Assembly: GCF_021028975.2 (NCBI RefSeq)
Contig: NC_059429.1
Coordinates: 53,382,001-53,446,000, forward strand
Direction: 5' to 3'
DNA: 64,000 nt
Source of the DNA: Sphaerodactylus townsendi
Taxonomy: Eukaryota
In this document: one piece after another, positions 11,261 to 25,290 of the stretch
Numbering within the stretch: position 1 is the stretch's first letter
Layout of the letters: the number at the start of each line of letters is the position of its first letter
Notes under the pieces: model-generated
Database searches by the model: none
Told to the model about the DNA's origin: nothing
What the model saw: only the letters and a program-made list of their open reading frames with translations
Made by a program: the position numbers and the translations under genes

Positions 11261-14200
11261 CCTCTACAGGTATGGTGGAATACGTAAAATTATCCTTTTG
11301 ATATGTACAACAACAAAAGTAATTGATAGTGACAAAACTTCAGCAGCACAATTTCCACCTGTTAAGTATTTTTAATGTTCTCATCATTTGGTTTACCTGC
11401 TTCAATAGGTAATCAAAAGACTATGAATGTGGCCTTTTGGATAACTGCAAATTCTGAGACTACCAGCCCAATCAGGGGAAGGGGATTCCCCTCTGGATGT
11501 GGTGTGGGCTTACGCCAGCAGAAGTGTTTCCCCTGGGGCCAGTGGAGAAATCCTTATTCCAGCGCTCGACCACTGTGGAGTCCTAAGATGCTCAGCTGCA
11601 GTGCCCAGCTCTCCATCAGGGTTTCCCAGCCTCCCTGAGCTGCATTGGCATGGCGAGGGCATTTCCGGGAGGTGGAGTTAACCTTACGTGGCTTCCACCA
11701 CCAGTTTAGCCCCTTGCATCAGAAGAGCAGAGCTCAGACATTCACTGCAATTTTCACAGTTTATGTCCACTTTTACTTATGGGGGAGTTAAAAGTAAGGT
11801 TTTTTAAAAAAACTTTGGGGAGCTTTCCACATCATGGGAAAGCCCTATGGATCGGATGGGGTGGCACCATGCCTGCCTGCATTACAATTTTGCATTTAGC
11901 TGTACAGCAGCAAAATAATGATAATTATACATTTATTATAGATGTTCATACGAGGTTACAGCATTTAGCATAGACATTTTGGCTGATGTTCCAAAATAAG
12001 TATGTCATCCTTCAAACAAGTGCCATATTCGACATCCCCACAAGAACATAAACACGTTTTATTGCTTAGGACACCTCCATTTCAAAGTCACTGAGGGTGG
12101 TTACCTTAGTTCATGGAAAGCCATAAGAAGGAATGCTACTCTGTTTGCAATTGTGACAGCAAAAGATATGGCTTTGGGCTGTGGAAGAACCAAGCTTCTA
12201 CTATTCTGCAGTAAACCAGCTACAAATCTCCCAATTATTCCATAAGCCAAAGAGTAATGCTAGGAATAGGATAATCTGTTCCTCCTCTTTAGGTGGTTTA
12301 ATATGTTTCATCTTTTTTATTATTTTTCTTTCTATCCTGTAAAAGCCCAATAAATCCTTCTGTTCTTTAATCTAAGTTTAATTGAGTTTTTCGCTGTTAT
12401 CAGGGGGAATACTTGCTAACATTCCTAAGAGAGATAAACCAGTTGTCTTGTTTTCAGCAGAACTGAACAAGAATTGCAGAAATGATCAAGGATAAAAAAC
12501 TTTATGAGTTCCACTGAGACTCCCAAACATCTAAGCAGGCCTGTACATACTATGGGTAAATTTTGGAAAAAGTAAGGCATAACAATTAAAAACAAAGCTA
12601 ATAGCAAAGGGACTTAAGGATAACTGATTTTCTTTGTGCTGTGCTCTGTATTATATTTTGATGTGGGTCAAAGGTCGTTAACACCCCCCCCTCCACTGAA
12701 CACTTTATTACAGTATTTGCTAAAATGTAAGACTTCTTTTTCTACAGGGTGCTGTCTAGCATTTGCATACAAGTTAGAGTTATATCCAGTAATATTTTTG
12801 GTGTATATATCATTTTAAGGGAGTTATCTTATATTCAGAGCCATCTTCCTTTTGAGTAAATATTTTAACAGGTCTAGATCAGACTACACTGTGAGATTAT
12901 TTTACCTGCAAAATGGTACTCCACTTCTAAAGATGTTAATCAACAAACTTGCTTATGGCTCTGTCAAACAATTATGTCTATCAGGTTGTGGTCACACAAC
13001 AAACACTTATGTCTATCAGGCTGTGGCATCTTTTCCCCAAATGTTTATCAATTTGGTGCTCCCTTTAGAACTGTACCAAGATTATACCAAGTCTTCCTCA
13101 GTACATGGTACATCAGTACTCCCAGGCCAGACCAAACCCTGCCAAACAATGGATAAAGATGGGCAAGTCCCCTTCAGCTCAGTTCATGAGAATAGTAAAA
13201 AGTGTAATTGTTACCAACGCCTGTGTCCTCCAACTGACGGTCCTGGTTACTTCACCATAGTTGGGCCCCCTGGGGTTCTTCCTCAGCCCATGGAGTGTTG
13301 CTACTCAGGTGTCACTCCTGTTCTGTGTTGCTCCCCTTATACCTCTGTGTCTTCTCCATCCCAATGTTGGTCTGTCCTGGTGGTAGAGCCACAGACTGCA
13401 GCCTCCTCCCCTTATGTATTCTTTTGCCTGGTGCCTGACACAAGCTCTTTCCTGGTCCTCAATTATTCTGCTGCCCCAGGTGACCCCCCCCCCCGAGACT
13501 CCAGTTAAGAAGGTCCTGTCCTGCCATCCCTTAGGGCCTTTGCCCAGTTCCTCCTGCCTTGGCTCATCCCAAGGCCTCCTGGGCTGCTTTGCCACATTTG
13601 GCCAAGCCACATTTGGATGGCTGGGCATGCAATTCTGGCAGCCCAGTACTTCTCTCATTTTTTCCCAACTGCTTCCACCTCAAACCAGCCTCCTCCTATG
13701 CATCCATAACCATCTTTTCATGGTCCAGGTAACTGCAGCGGAACCCATGCTTCTACAAGCATCCCTGCTGGTCTGACCACCTATCCTTTCAGTTGGGCCA
13801 TCAGGAGTGTCCTGACATGAGCTGGATCCAACTTATACAGTCACACTCATTTTTATCTGAAGTGAAAACCAAGCTCCTACATCTCTTGGAACACCATGAC
13901 AGACTTCATAATAACATCAGGAGTGTCATAGTGCTGTATGTGCCACCCCTATGATTACTCCACGCTATTTAACTGTCCTTCTGATGGGAGAGAATGGTCA
14001 TGATGGGAAGTGAGATGAGGGAAAATTATCTCAGGGCCCTGCTATTCTGTTCTCACACCAGTCTGACTGCAGTATTTAGTCCTTTCCAGGAACTGTTAGC
14101 TCCCAAAACAACCATTGCATGAGAGGATAGAAGAAGAACAGAGGGATCTTTCAGGAATTTTCTGTCCCCTCAACATCTTCCTGATGCAAACAGAATTCCC

Positions 14201-17200
14201 AGTCAGGAAGGCAGTTAGGGTGGGATGGAAGAGGAGAGTCAGAAGAATTCTTCCGTGGTTAGTTGGAGGTAGAGAAAAATTCAGCTGCTACAAAGGATAT
14301 GTAACTTTGAACATGAGCATTGTGAACCACTGAACAGTATAAACCTTGTCCACATTCCTACGAATTATATGAAGGGCAACCGAGTTGTTACAACATGACT
14401 AGAGGAAGCAGGAATCCCTTCTAGTTCTCTAACAAGCACATAATAATAAAAAACAAAAGGCAAAAATTTTTACCGATAGTAATGTATTCTAAAAAAACCT
14501 CTCATTATTTGAATTAAAATTTCCAGATCACTAATTAAAAGCCTGTTTTTGACAATACATTTGGTGGGGCAAAAAAGGCATGAACATAGTGTCCCCTGGT
14601 CCTCATCCTGCAGCTATGTAAACTAAAAGTACAAGTAAAATATATTGTCATTAACTCCACTATTTATTAAAACACGGGAATATGGAAGATAATTGATATG
14701 ATTCCTTCCAAAATGATTTAACAAAAAAGAGAGCAGAATTATTAATTATAGGGTCATTCATTAGTATGCTTTGTTATTTGATTATTGCTTGGTGTGAAAT
14801 GACTAGTTTGCTGTTATATAACTCCACCCCCAAACAATACCAAATTTATTTCAAGAGTACATCCCTATCCCCTTTCTTATTGCAGCCCATCAACCCATAA
14901 AGCTATTACTTCACGTGCATTAAATGACTCCAAGAATCAAGCTCCCACAGGTAGAAGGGACTGCTGAAGAGAGGGAAAAGCAGGGAGGATCCATGATTTA
15001 TGTGTAAGCAGATCACTGGATCAAACCCTTTAGGGCTTAGCAGCAAAGAGCTCATTTGGTATAAATCTTCATAAGCTTTAAAAAAGACTTGCCCTTTTTA
15101 ATCATTTGTGGCAGTTTCAAAAGGAGGTTTGTGTACTGCATTGGTCCTCGTTGCTCAATATATTAGGAAGTGCTGTAATTCAAACTTTTAGCAGAAGCAA
15201 TTTTACTTTTTTCATCCAATTCAATTTGGTTTTTGTTGGCAGCCAGTTCAGTTCATGATTTTTTTTCTAATATACCTTGGTGGTCACAGTAAAGTTACCT
15301 GAATTTTCTGTGCAGTTACCTTATCATGATACTTAACAGGTTATAAATGTGACTGATTGTTAAGATCCATGCTCTGTCCTTAGTTTAAATGGGACCATGT
15401 CCATTTTACAGCTAATTAGAATTATGACACTATGTTCAGTATGTGATTCCTGATTTGAAAGCATTCAATTGGTAGCAAAATGCTACAAAATCAGCAGCAG
15501 AGAGTCAAAACATCACAATAATGAGTTACAAACAGCACCCCCACTCCACCCCACCCCCGGTGGTGTTTCCAAGGCTAGAAATAGAACATTTAGCTCAGAC
15601 CTAATACATATTAAATGGCTTCAAACTGGCATACTAAGAGGCATTCCCAAAACAACAAGAATACCTGTGGAGGGACAACTTTGTCTGGCGTCAGACTATT
15701 TAGCCTCTTTAGCACATCCTAAAGGGACAGACATTGACAAAGAAATGTTATCAGTTATGATTTTCTTTTGTGAAATTTTAGCAGAATTATATGATTCTCA
15801 AGAGTTTGGGTTTACAAATAAATATTTTTGTTGAAAGATCTCCAGAGAGGAAACACTTGTCAGAAATAGATTTTGATCAAAGATATTTTGTAACTCAGAT
15901 TGTTGTCCCATGTGATTCCTATACATTGACTGATCCCTAGAGAGGCAGGTTTTCTATTCTGTTCCTACCTTGAAAAGCACAATATTCACAGTTTATTACT
16001 CTGTTTCAGAAGACTGCTTGTGGAGAAATGAATAGTCCTGAACCCAACTAAAACAGTCAGATGAATTAAATTGATGCAAATCCGGCTCCATTGCACAATT
16101 CTGTGTGATAAAACTAAGAAAAATAAAGGAACAATTTTACTTTTGTATTTACAGATTTATTCTGAGAAAGATGGAATACATTCAGATTGAATTAGTATTC
16201 AAAGAGGCATCCCAAAATCAAAATGGATCACAAATCATTTATCAGTTTATTTCTTCCAGGGCTTGAAATTGAAGACTAGACTGGTTAGCAATTTTTCCAA
16301 GTTAATTTGACATTGTGTGTTATCCTTCATTTGTGCTAATTTTCCAGATCACAATTTGTATGTATTATTTGTAAAGGGTGAGATATTTTTACCATTATCC
16401 ACTGTACAATTTTAGAAGACTCACATTTGTTTTTAAACAGCTACTGTAAATCTGTATGCTGGTTGCAATAAATTTGCATCTCTAAACTTTTATGATACAA
16501 GCATTCAGTACTATGACAAGAAGGGTCTAGCAAAATTAAATTGTTTTGATCTTTACTACTCTCAGCCATCACATTTGCATTTGTGAAAATGTGCAGGTGG
16601 CAAAATTTGCCATATGCATGCTGAACCACCAGGCTGGGACAACCTTCAAAAAATCTTTAAAAGCATTGCAGATCCCAAAGAATCAATCTGGCAACAGCAA
16701 TTTTTATAAATGTCATTTTTGCATTTACTACATATTGTATTTTCCCACTAATCTCTTTTAAACACAGCCTTGTATTAGCACATTCAACAAAGCAGAAAGC
16801 ACAAGGCTTGACCCTAATTTCATCCTGGCTGGAGATAATTACTTGATACCACTGTATGGCACGAAAGGCATTTTTGAATTTCATTTGACTTGTTATTAAA
16901 CAGATTTTGGTTCAACTCCCCCCAAATACTTTGGTCTCTTTAAAAAACAAAACAAAATACAACACACATACTCTGGCACTGACATAAGGCTGTGGCCTTT
17001 CATTACTTACTCAGGCAGAACTCAATTACTTCAGTGTCAGAGCCCTAATGTGGCACTGTGAATGTTTTGTACAGAATGCTTCTGAATAGGAAAAAAACTG
17101 ATTATTTTTTCAGACTGGAAAACATATCTCACACATATATGCAATGCATTATGGGCTTCATGTGATATAGTAGATCTAAAGTGGGTTCACCAGTCAAGAA

Positions 17201-18535
17201 AAAACAATCATTGCTCTTATCTGGATACATGTGCAGTCAAATGACAGGTTTGCCAAGTACTAGAAGAGGATAGCTGGAGATCAGTCACATATCAGCAGAC
17301 AACTGCTTAATTTTTGTGGAGTACATAAGGAAAGCCTGACAATGAATATATATATACACTTGAAGTGACTATTCCTGTGTAGTTGCCATGCTATTGAAAT
17401 CTAAAGTAAATTAACTGGATTTTTTTAAAAAATAATCTTCTACTATAAACCATAAAACATATTAAACTGTAGTACTTGAACTCAAGTTCACAGGGAAACA
17501 CTGAGGTCAAGCCATTAAAAGTGAAGTACTAGTTCACTGGAAACTCTAGATTTTTACCCAGGGAAAAATCGTTTTTCAAGGCCTGCAGAAAAAGAATGCT
17601 ATCACCCCCTTCCTTCAAATAATTATTACGGAAAATTAGCATCTCCTATCTAAGATGGTGAGTGAAGGAACAGAACAGCATTGGAAGTGTACGTATTCCC
17701 AATGCTTTGAACTTTTGGGATAGACAGAATCATATCTGGAGATGATTTGGTAAAACCCAGTAAAATAGTTTGCAGCATGTAACCTTGTAACATTCTCCTT
17801 TCATTTCCCCTCCTGCAAAGATGTGTTTTGAGACATCATGGCCAATAATTCTAAAAAATGGGTGATCCAGTTTTGTCAATTACAGACCGTTTGGTGGCAT
17901 GTGTATTCTAGAGGAAAGACAAGAAGCTTTTATGCTCTGATGAAAATAAAAAGGGGGCAGTTTAAAGCAAAGTAAAGAAAACCACAATTGCCCGTGTAAA
18001 TATAATGCAGTAGTGAAGCAGCATTGCCCTTCTATACTGGAACAGTCTGCAAGTCCACCCTGCATGAGCTGCAACCTAAGTTTGATTACATGGAAACTCA
18101 CTTTCCACTCAGGAAGTCTCTTGAGAATGAGGAACAGAATACTTATTTACTCCTTTTCTAGGAAGAAAATGTACACAGCTGAAGAAAGCTTAAGGCAGCT
18201 GGATGGGGCAACAGAATATATACTTGAAAGAAAGTGCTATAGTCTGCTTTCTATCTGATCTATTTGGGAGCAAGTGATACAAACTGTCACACACTAGCAA
18301 AAGGCCTCATGGGCTTCAGGCTATTTTGAATTATCACAGGTAGTTCTTGCATAGCTTTTTGTATACATGGATAGCACATGTACAGTAGAAACTACCAGGG
18401 CGAGGGAATTTTAGTTTCCTGGGAAGAAATCATCTGGTATGAACACAACGGAGAGAATCAGAATATACACTTATGCATACAGCACTTTTTTCAAACAAAA
18501 CGTACACTCCACACAAATAGCTGTTCTTTCTGCAA

Positions 18536-19586
18536 TCTTCTATATATATAAAAAGCTAACAGTGACTTTGTTAGTCATGCCCTAACGTTGAAATGGCTGG
18601 ACGGATCACCCCCAAATTTTCACATGACGTCCCTCCCTGTTGCGGGCAGGTAATCAGATCTTCAAATCACTGAAAGTCCATACCCAAGCCAGGTAAAACA
18701 GCTTTTTCCTGGCGCACCAGGCCATGAAGCTGGCTGAGTTTAACTGTCACCATTAGACTGTTCGTGCAGCATGTTTGTGGCCTGAGGGGTTGGTATGCCC
18801 TTAGAATGTTCGCTCAGATGGCCAGAGATGAGCATTGAAAACAGTAAATAGGTAATACTGTTAGGTAATACGAGTGGAAGTGAAACACATACACACTTTG
18901 CCTGTGAGACGTCAGGTGGGGTTCCCCCGCTCACACGCAGGTAACTTTTCACTCTTCTGTGCCTCACCCACTGCTACCACACAACACAAATACTCTCATA
19001 CACATCCATCTCATCCTCTCACACACCTCAATCTGCCCTCCCTCACATCCAACCACCACTTACCCACTTCCTCACTCATGTTCGCCACAGCTCTCTTTTA
19101 CTAAAAGCGAGCTGGAGTTTGCCTTTTTCTTCTAAGAAAATCCATGGGGTGGGGACAAACCAACACTACTGGCTCCTCGGGGCTTCTTTTGCACATGGCT
19201 CCCTTTAAGAATCCGTGAGGGAGGCTGGCCTCGATCTGAGCTTCATCACCCCTGCCTCTGCTGCCTGACTGGGATAGCCTCCTTGCCCCCAGTGTTCTGT
19301 TCCCTTACCCAAGCCAGGACTCAGTGCATGTCAACCAGGCCTCATGGACAGCGGATTCACACTCTGGACAGTCTCTGCTTGTGGAAATGGAAAAGTGGTT
19401 ACCTTATACTAAAAAAACAAGACACCACCACATAACAATGTGAATTGAAAAGGGAAAGAGGGATTCCATTTGACCACCCCAAAAGGCTATGCTGCAGATC
19501 ACTGGACCTGCATGGAAATCTGTGTGGGTTGTGGACTGTGATGAGAAGGACAATTGCCACAGCAACGCGTGGCCGGGCCCCGCTAG
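18536..19586 (+). mobile_element. Non-autonomous Helitron
   Basis: 5' TC(TTC)TATATATATAAAA, 3' CTAG at 19583-19586, subterminal hairpin gccac-agcaacgc-gtggc at 19556-19573. Inserted between host A (18535) and T (19587) with no TSD. Confidence 0.85.
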
Positions 19587-21309
19587 TTGTTAATAACTGC
19601 TAAAACACAATGAGTCTTTTCTGTTCCAGATTCCATTTTAATAAAGTCCCATGCAATCCTAAATATATTTGCTCAGAAGTGATCTCCTCTATCAAAGAGC
19701 AGTATTCAATCAGTGTGTTTAGGATTGCAGCCATTGAGTTCTCTAGTAATTCCCTTTTGTCAGGACAGCAGCTATGGGAATTGGGCTGCCTGGGGAACTG
19801 TGACTTTCAGCTATGCACTGCTTTTGCTACTCTGCCTTTTTCCACAGCTGGTTTATCAAGTAACCTTGAATGTCTGGAGATGTTGCGGGGAACTGTTCTG
19901 CTGAGGGTTTCACATGTGGGGAAGGGAATGAAAAGTACAATCTATAATAGCATTGGTCTGAGAGCTTGAGCTTCAGAACAGTCTTCTGTTGCTTTCCTGT
20001 CACTTGCAATAAAATCTGAAACTTTTGAAGTTTGCCTGGTTCATTGTCAATGCAGGGGAGTCCTAACACCTTTTCTGAATTCCAGTATTCATCACAATTT
20101 TTGAAATGGTAAGACAATACAATAATCTTTTAAATCAAGAATTTAGTCAAATTCATTTGAAAATAAATGTAATTACAGAATATAGGTTGAACTTAAATTG
20201 TATCTCTCCGCTGTGAATAAATTTACACAGAAAAACTCCAGTGATTCAAAGAATAAAATGTTACAGTTACCTTGTTTATTTATTTATTTATTTTGTAAAA
20301 GCATGTCATTTGTCAGCATGATCTTTTTGCTTGCTGGACAGCACAAGGAAGTTCAATAATCAAAGCAGAAGAGCAGATGCTGATCATTTCTATGTTGATT
20401 TTGCTTGTCAAGGGGTTTTATCTTCTTGTCATATTAGTTCTCAGTCCACTGAACTGCAAACATTAATTTTTTACTAGTCATTTTTACTACTTTTCTAAAA
20501 AGCGAAGGAAAAGCATATTATGTCAAAGGATTTGGATCACAATAGCTAGACCTTAACTAGCTTTGAAATAATCTTTCTAATCTCCACCTTCTTTCAATAT
20601 ACCATGTTACTTTTCATCCAAAATTAAAACAGTTATCAAATCAATAGAATTAGATTATTCTCTATGAAGTTACAATAATACTTCATAAAATGAATTCTGA
20701 TCATTTCTACACCAAAGATACTAAATAGATTTGAATACTTCAGAATGATATATAGATGAAACATAAAAAGCTAGAAGGGAGAATTTTATGTTGGGGCTTT
20801 TCCACCTCACTAGCTTTGCTGATTCATCACCTGCCTTTTTGTATTTCACCATTTGGAAAGGGAACTAATAAGGCCATAAATATACAGTCTCAGTAGCAGT
20901 TTGATCCAATGAAAAATCTGTACTTCTTTTGAACCACTCTGAAAAAGTCTAGCTCAATCTACACTCACTATGGGAAAATAAAACAATGGTTACATATCCT
21001 AGTATAACAAACAACTCATCACTCATCTTTAGAGTCCTAAGCCTGCAATGTAATCAGATCCACATGGAATTTTAAGCAATTGAAGTATTTTGTGCTCTAG
21101 GTTACCCACATGTTTCTATATCGCTGGGGACTGAAGACTTTAATTGTAATTATAGTCCATTCTTTATGCTGGCAACTATTCAGTGCAACTGATGGTGCTG
21201 CTTGAACAGAATCCAAAAATGTCTAGTCAGTTCATTCATCAAAGCCAATAATGGCCTATAGTGAGAAGGCACATCCTGCCAGCAAATGAACACAATTATA
21301 TGTCAGCAT

Positions 21310-23025
21310 TTCCAACATCTTGCCTTTTTTATCCATGTTGGAAGAAAGCTCAGTAGAATGCACAACAACCAAACTATCAAGAAATAGTACACAGTACGAG
21401 TTGTGCTGGAAGATGCTTCTGTGCAGTGTTCCAGACTTGTTGGAAAACAAGGGACTAATTTTTTTTTTACACATGTTACTCCCTTCATGTTTTTCAAAAT
21501 GTTTAAATTTAAAATGTTTAAATTAAAGCAACAATGCCAATATGCCACATCTCTCTCCTTTATTTCTATTTCTTGAATAATATTTCCAGTAATACTTTTC
21601 ATGGTAAGCTACTCTTCCTCTGTCTTGCTCACTTAATCCCTGGGTTCAGTTACAATATCATGCTGGGATGCACGCTAGACATCCACTTCTGGTGAACTTG
21701 CTGCCTGGCTGTTGTGGGACAGCCTGGGATGTGCTAGATTCTATTGTGCCCTCTGCTTGGCTCACTGACTGTTTGCTGCTTTGGGTCTGTATGTGGAACA
21801 GAGCCTGTTGGGGATACTGAATTGACCTTCAGGTGCCTTCTGTTATGCCAATACCTTTCTCCTATTGGTATTTCAATATAATAGGATTGTGGATCTGAGT
21901 ATGGTGTTAGTCAAGTGGCTTGGGGTCTGCCTGCACTATCACCTGCACCCCATAGATGTACTCATGGAATTTATTTAGTGACAAATACAATGGCTAAAAG
22001 TTCTTTCTCTATTTAGACATAAATTTGCTCTACTGCAGTCAAAGCCCTTCAGGCATATGACTCATGGCCCACATGCTGTATTAATCAGGCGCCTAATCTA
22101 TCTTTAGAAGCATCTACTTGGATGGTTAATGGCTTGTTAGGATCACAGAACTTGAGTACAGGTGTCATGCAGTGCTGCATTTAGGTCTTACAGAACCTTA
22201 TCTTGTTCCTAGGACCAATGCTATATGACATTCTCTGAGCAGGTGCCTCAGTGGGGCTGTCAAGGATATTTCATTGGTATATACTGTGAAAGGAATCTGA
22301 CCATTCCCAGAAGTCTCTATGGGCTTTTTTGTCTTGTGGAGTAGACATACTGAATATGGCTTGAACTTTTCTGTCATCTTGTTTAATACTTTCTGCAATA
22401 AGTATGTGGCCCATGTCTCTGACTGCACTTACCATGAACTGGATCTTCCTCTGGGTTGAACCTGATGTTTTCAGACTGGGCTCTTTCCACCACAGTTTAC
22501 AATAGTTGATCAAGCTTTTCTGTCGCAGATGCTGCTATGATCATGCCATCAGCTATGATATGGACACAACTGATGTCACCAAACACTTTGTTGTTCTTCT
22601 GGAAGACTTCCCCGACTGAGTTGATGCTAAAAGGAAGACAGAGGAACTTGTATCTTCCCCAGGGTGTGTTGAAAGTGTACAATTTAGCTGAAGTTACATC
22701 TAGCTTTACTTGCCAATATCCATACTTCTTATCGAGAAAAGTGAATTTCTCCCAGTCAATTGGCTTTGGATCTCTGTGTGTGTTGGGATGGAGTAGTGCT
22801 GTTAAGGTCCCTGAGATCAAGGTATTCTATTTCTCAGTAATGACTAAGCTGTTGACCCAGGCTGTAGGTCTACTCACTTTGGCCACAATTCCATCTTTTT
22901 AAAATTGCTTCAGCATGTTTTTCAGTTTATCATGATGGTGAAGGGTAAGTTTCTTCACCCATGAATTACAGCGGTAACTGCTTCAACTATATGAATATGA
23001 TGGGTGTCCCTGAATTCTCCTAATC
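21310..23025 (-). mobile_element. Gypsy/Ty3 pol remnant (RT-RNaseH to 3' end)
   Basis: ORF 22497-22820 FTFLDKKYGYWQVKLD..TFNTPWGRYKFLCLPF..VHIIADGMII (decayed YxDD). Upstream GEF..HHIHI..GIVAKVSRPTAWVNSLVITEK; downstream EISLTAPLRHLLR. Purine tract followed by TG at ~21318-21330. Confidence 0.85.
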
Positions 23026-23029
23026 AGGG

Positions 23030-23420
23030 AAATCAGGAGACAGGAGTTATTAAGAACTGTATTTATTGGAACACAACAGCCAACTATCTAACTAACCAGG
23101 CCACAATTAGCCCTCAGTAACTCTGACTTCTCCTCTTGTTATAGGCACAAGCCCTCATACTCTCCATTCTAGAGAGCCTCTGGGAGTGGCCTGAAAGCAA
23201 CAATATCAATACACCCAAAGTTCCAAAGTTTCCTGGCAAATGTGAAGCAGTAAGCAGTGGGTGAGTAAAAACAACAAGGAGGTGATGGCAGTGACAGAAT
23301 GAAGGGATAATAGTAACTATGACAAGGAAGAACTGGTGGCAGGATGGTGATAGGAAGAAAGCAGAAGCAAGGCAAAGGAAGCAGAGACCAGTGGGGAGGA
23401 TGGACATTCCCTTCCCCACA
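23030..23420 (-). mobile_element. Possible LTR fragment
   Basis: Minus strand begins TGTGGGG and carries a TATA-like motif and AATAAA in LTR-like order; the 3' CA and TSD are unclear. Confidence 0.3.
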
Positions 23421-23975
23421 AATTCCGTGGGGATACCAGCTCAGTTATTTATTTTATATATTAAAACATTGATATCCTTCCTTTTCTTGTGGTTCAACGT
23501 GGATTATAATAATAGTTAAAAACATTTTCAGTCTAAAACAAAAGTAAAATAACTAAACTCAAATTTCCCCCTTTCCCCCTTTTAATGCTTGTCAATTCAG
23601 ACATCCTCAAAAGCCCTCACATACAAAGAGAACTTGCAACACATCCTGAAAATCTTCAGGATTTTCAGTGCCTTCCTCACCTCTTCAGGGAGTCCATTCC
23701 ACAGAGCCAGAGAAATGATGGGAAAGAATCAGGTCAGACAGGCTACCCTAAATGGTGGGACAGCTAATAGATGGCTGCATAAATGAATATCATCTACCAG
23801 TGCAATTAAAACCATCTCTGTACCAAACCAAACATTACATCAGTTTGTTTCTTCTGTTACAACTTCTATGGCTACATTTATTTAACTTTAGAAATAATAA
23901 TATTTACATACATACATTTACATAATTTTATATTGATGATGAAATCCTATGCAGAATTATTCCAGTATATGTTCA

Positions 23976-24060
23976 TCCGTCTGTCCGTCCGTCCGTCCGT
24001 CCGTCCGTCCATTCATTTATTACTTCAATTTCTATACCGCCCGATCCCCGAAGGGGATCT
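23976..24060 (-). repeat. (TCCG)n microsatellite attached to a truncated L2-type/SINE 3' tail
   Basis: About 8 TCCG units followed by tttctataccgcccgatccccgaagg, the same tail seen at ~34280-34345 and ~54840-54920. Confidence 0.7.
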
Positions 24061-25129
24061 CTGTACAGAATAAGTCAGGCAATCACTAAAATAGTCTGAA
24101 TATCATCAGGGAATGATTTTGTCTTGTAATGGTATAAGCAATCGTAATCCAATGTGCTGTTTATACTGGGATAGATACTTTGAACTAATAGTGGAACAAA
24201 GAAATGTGGATAATTTTGCCACATTAACCCTCCTTAATGTAGCTATACCTCGCAGCATTTTGTCCACCAGACTTTTTCATTTCCCAATACCAAGTTGTTG
24301 GAAGAAACAAAATGAAATGACAATGTATGTCTATGGGCATTGTTGCATTAACAGATGTCTGACCAAGTACTTTAAATTGTAGCAAAGAAACATACTACAG
24401 TTAAATATATTTCTGCATAATTAAAAACCTTATTTCAACTAAACCATTATTCCAAAATTGCAGTCTCATTGAAAAATATTGTGTGTAACTCACAGTAGAC
24501 GGCTGCCTTGCAAACCTTACTGAAACAAATGGGGTTCTTGTAAAAGCCTTGCTTGGTGGATAGCACAAATAAAGAAATTGCTCAAAAAGAGCTATTGCCC
24601 ATTCTCTAACAGATTATTTACCAGCTCCCATGAAAAACTGAGAAAATACTGGCTGCTCATTTATCCTGCTAATGGGCACCATAATATTTACTGTGTTCTT
24701 CCTTTTTCTATTTTTCCTGCATCATTTAAAAACCTGTATTCCTAATAGAATTAATTATATGCATTCAAACTAAGAACTACACAGCTCATCAAAACTCCGA
24801 ATCACTTTGCAAATAAGTCACAGACTAAGAATATGAGAATTTTGAACAAGGAAGGAATCTTTAGTGATAAAACAGAAGGCAATCTCTGCATCTAAATAGT
24901 CTGCTGAAGTTCAGTTTCCTGGATCACTTACTGGAAAGAGGGGATAAGATGAACTATGAGCAATGGAGTCTCCCAGTAAAATAATAAGTTACATAATATT
25001 TGAAGCACTAAAATAAGTCATGGACAAGAGTGAACAAAATACAAATAATTCCCATAATTTTTGCATATTTGAGCTGTGTTACCTACACAGTCTAGAACAC
25101 TGCCTTTGACCTTCATACTTGTTTCTGCT

Positions 25130-25290
25130 GCTAGGTTTGCCAGCTCCAGATTAGGACATTTCTGGAGATTTGGGGACCTCAGTGAAGCATAGAGTCCACC
25201 CTCCAAATCAGCCAGTTTCTTCAGGGGAACTGATTTTTGTAGCCTGAAGATTACTTGTAATTTCAGGAAACCTCCAGGCCCCATCCTGAA
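25130..25290. mobile_element. Short interspersed repeat (TAGGGTTGCCA-ended MITE family)
   Basis: Homologous to copies at ~49075-49285 and ~53193-53397 (shared ctggagattt, ctgatctctgt..cctgga motifs). Confidence 0.55.

Noticed and set aside
12852-13817. 218-aa ORF and a possible LTR (TG at 13209 .. CA at 13817)
   Set aside because: No recognisable domain and a non-ATG start; I could not establish LTR boundaries or a TSD.
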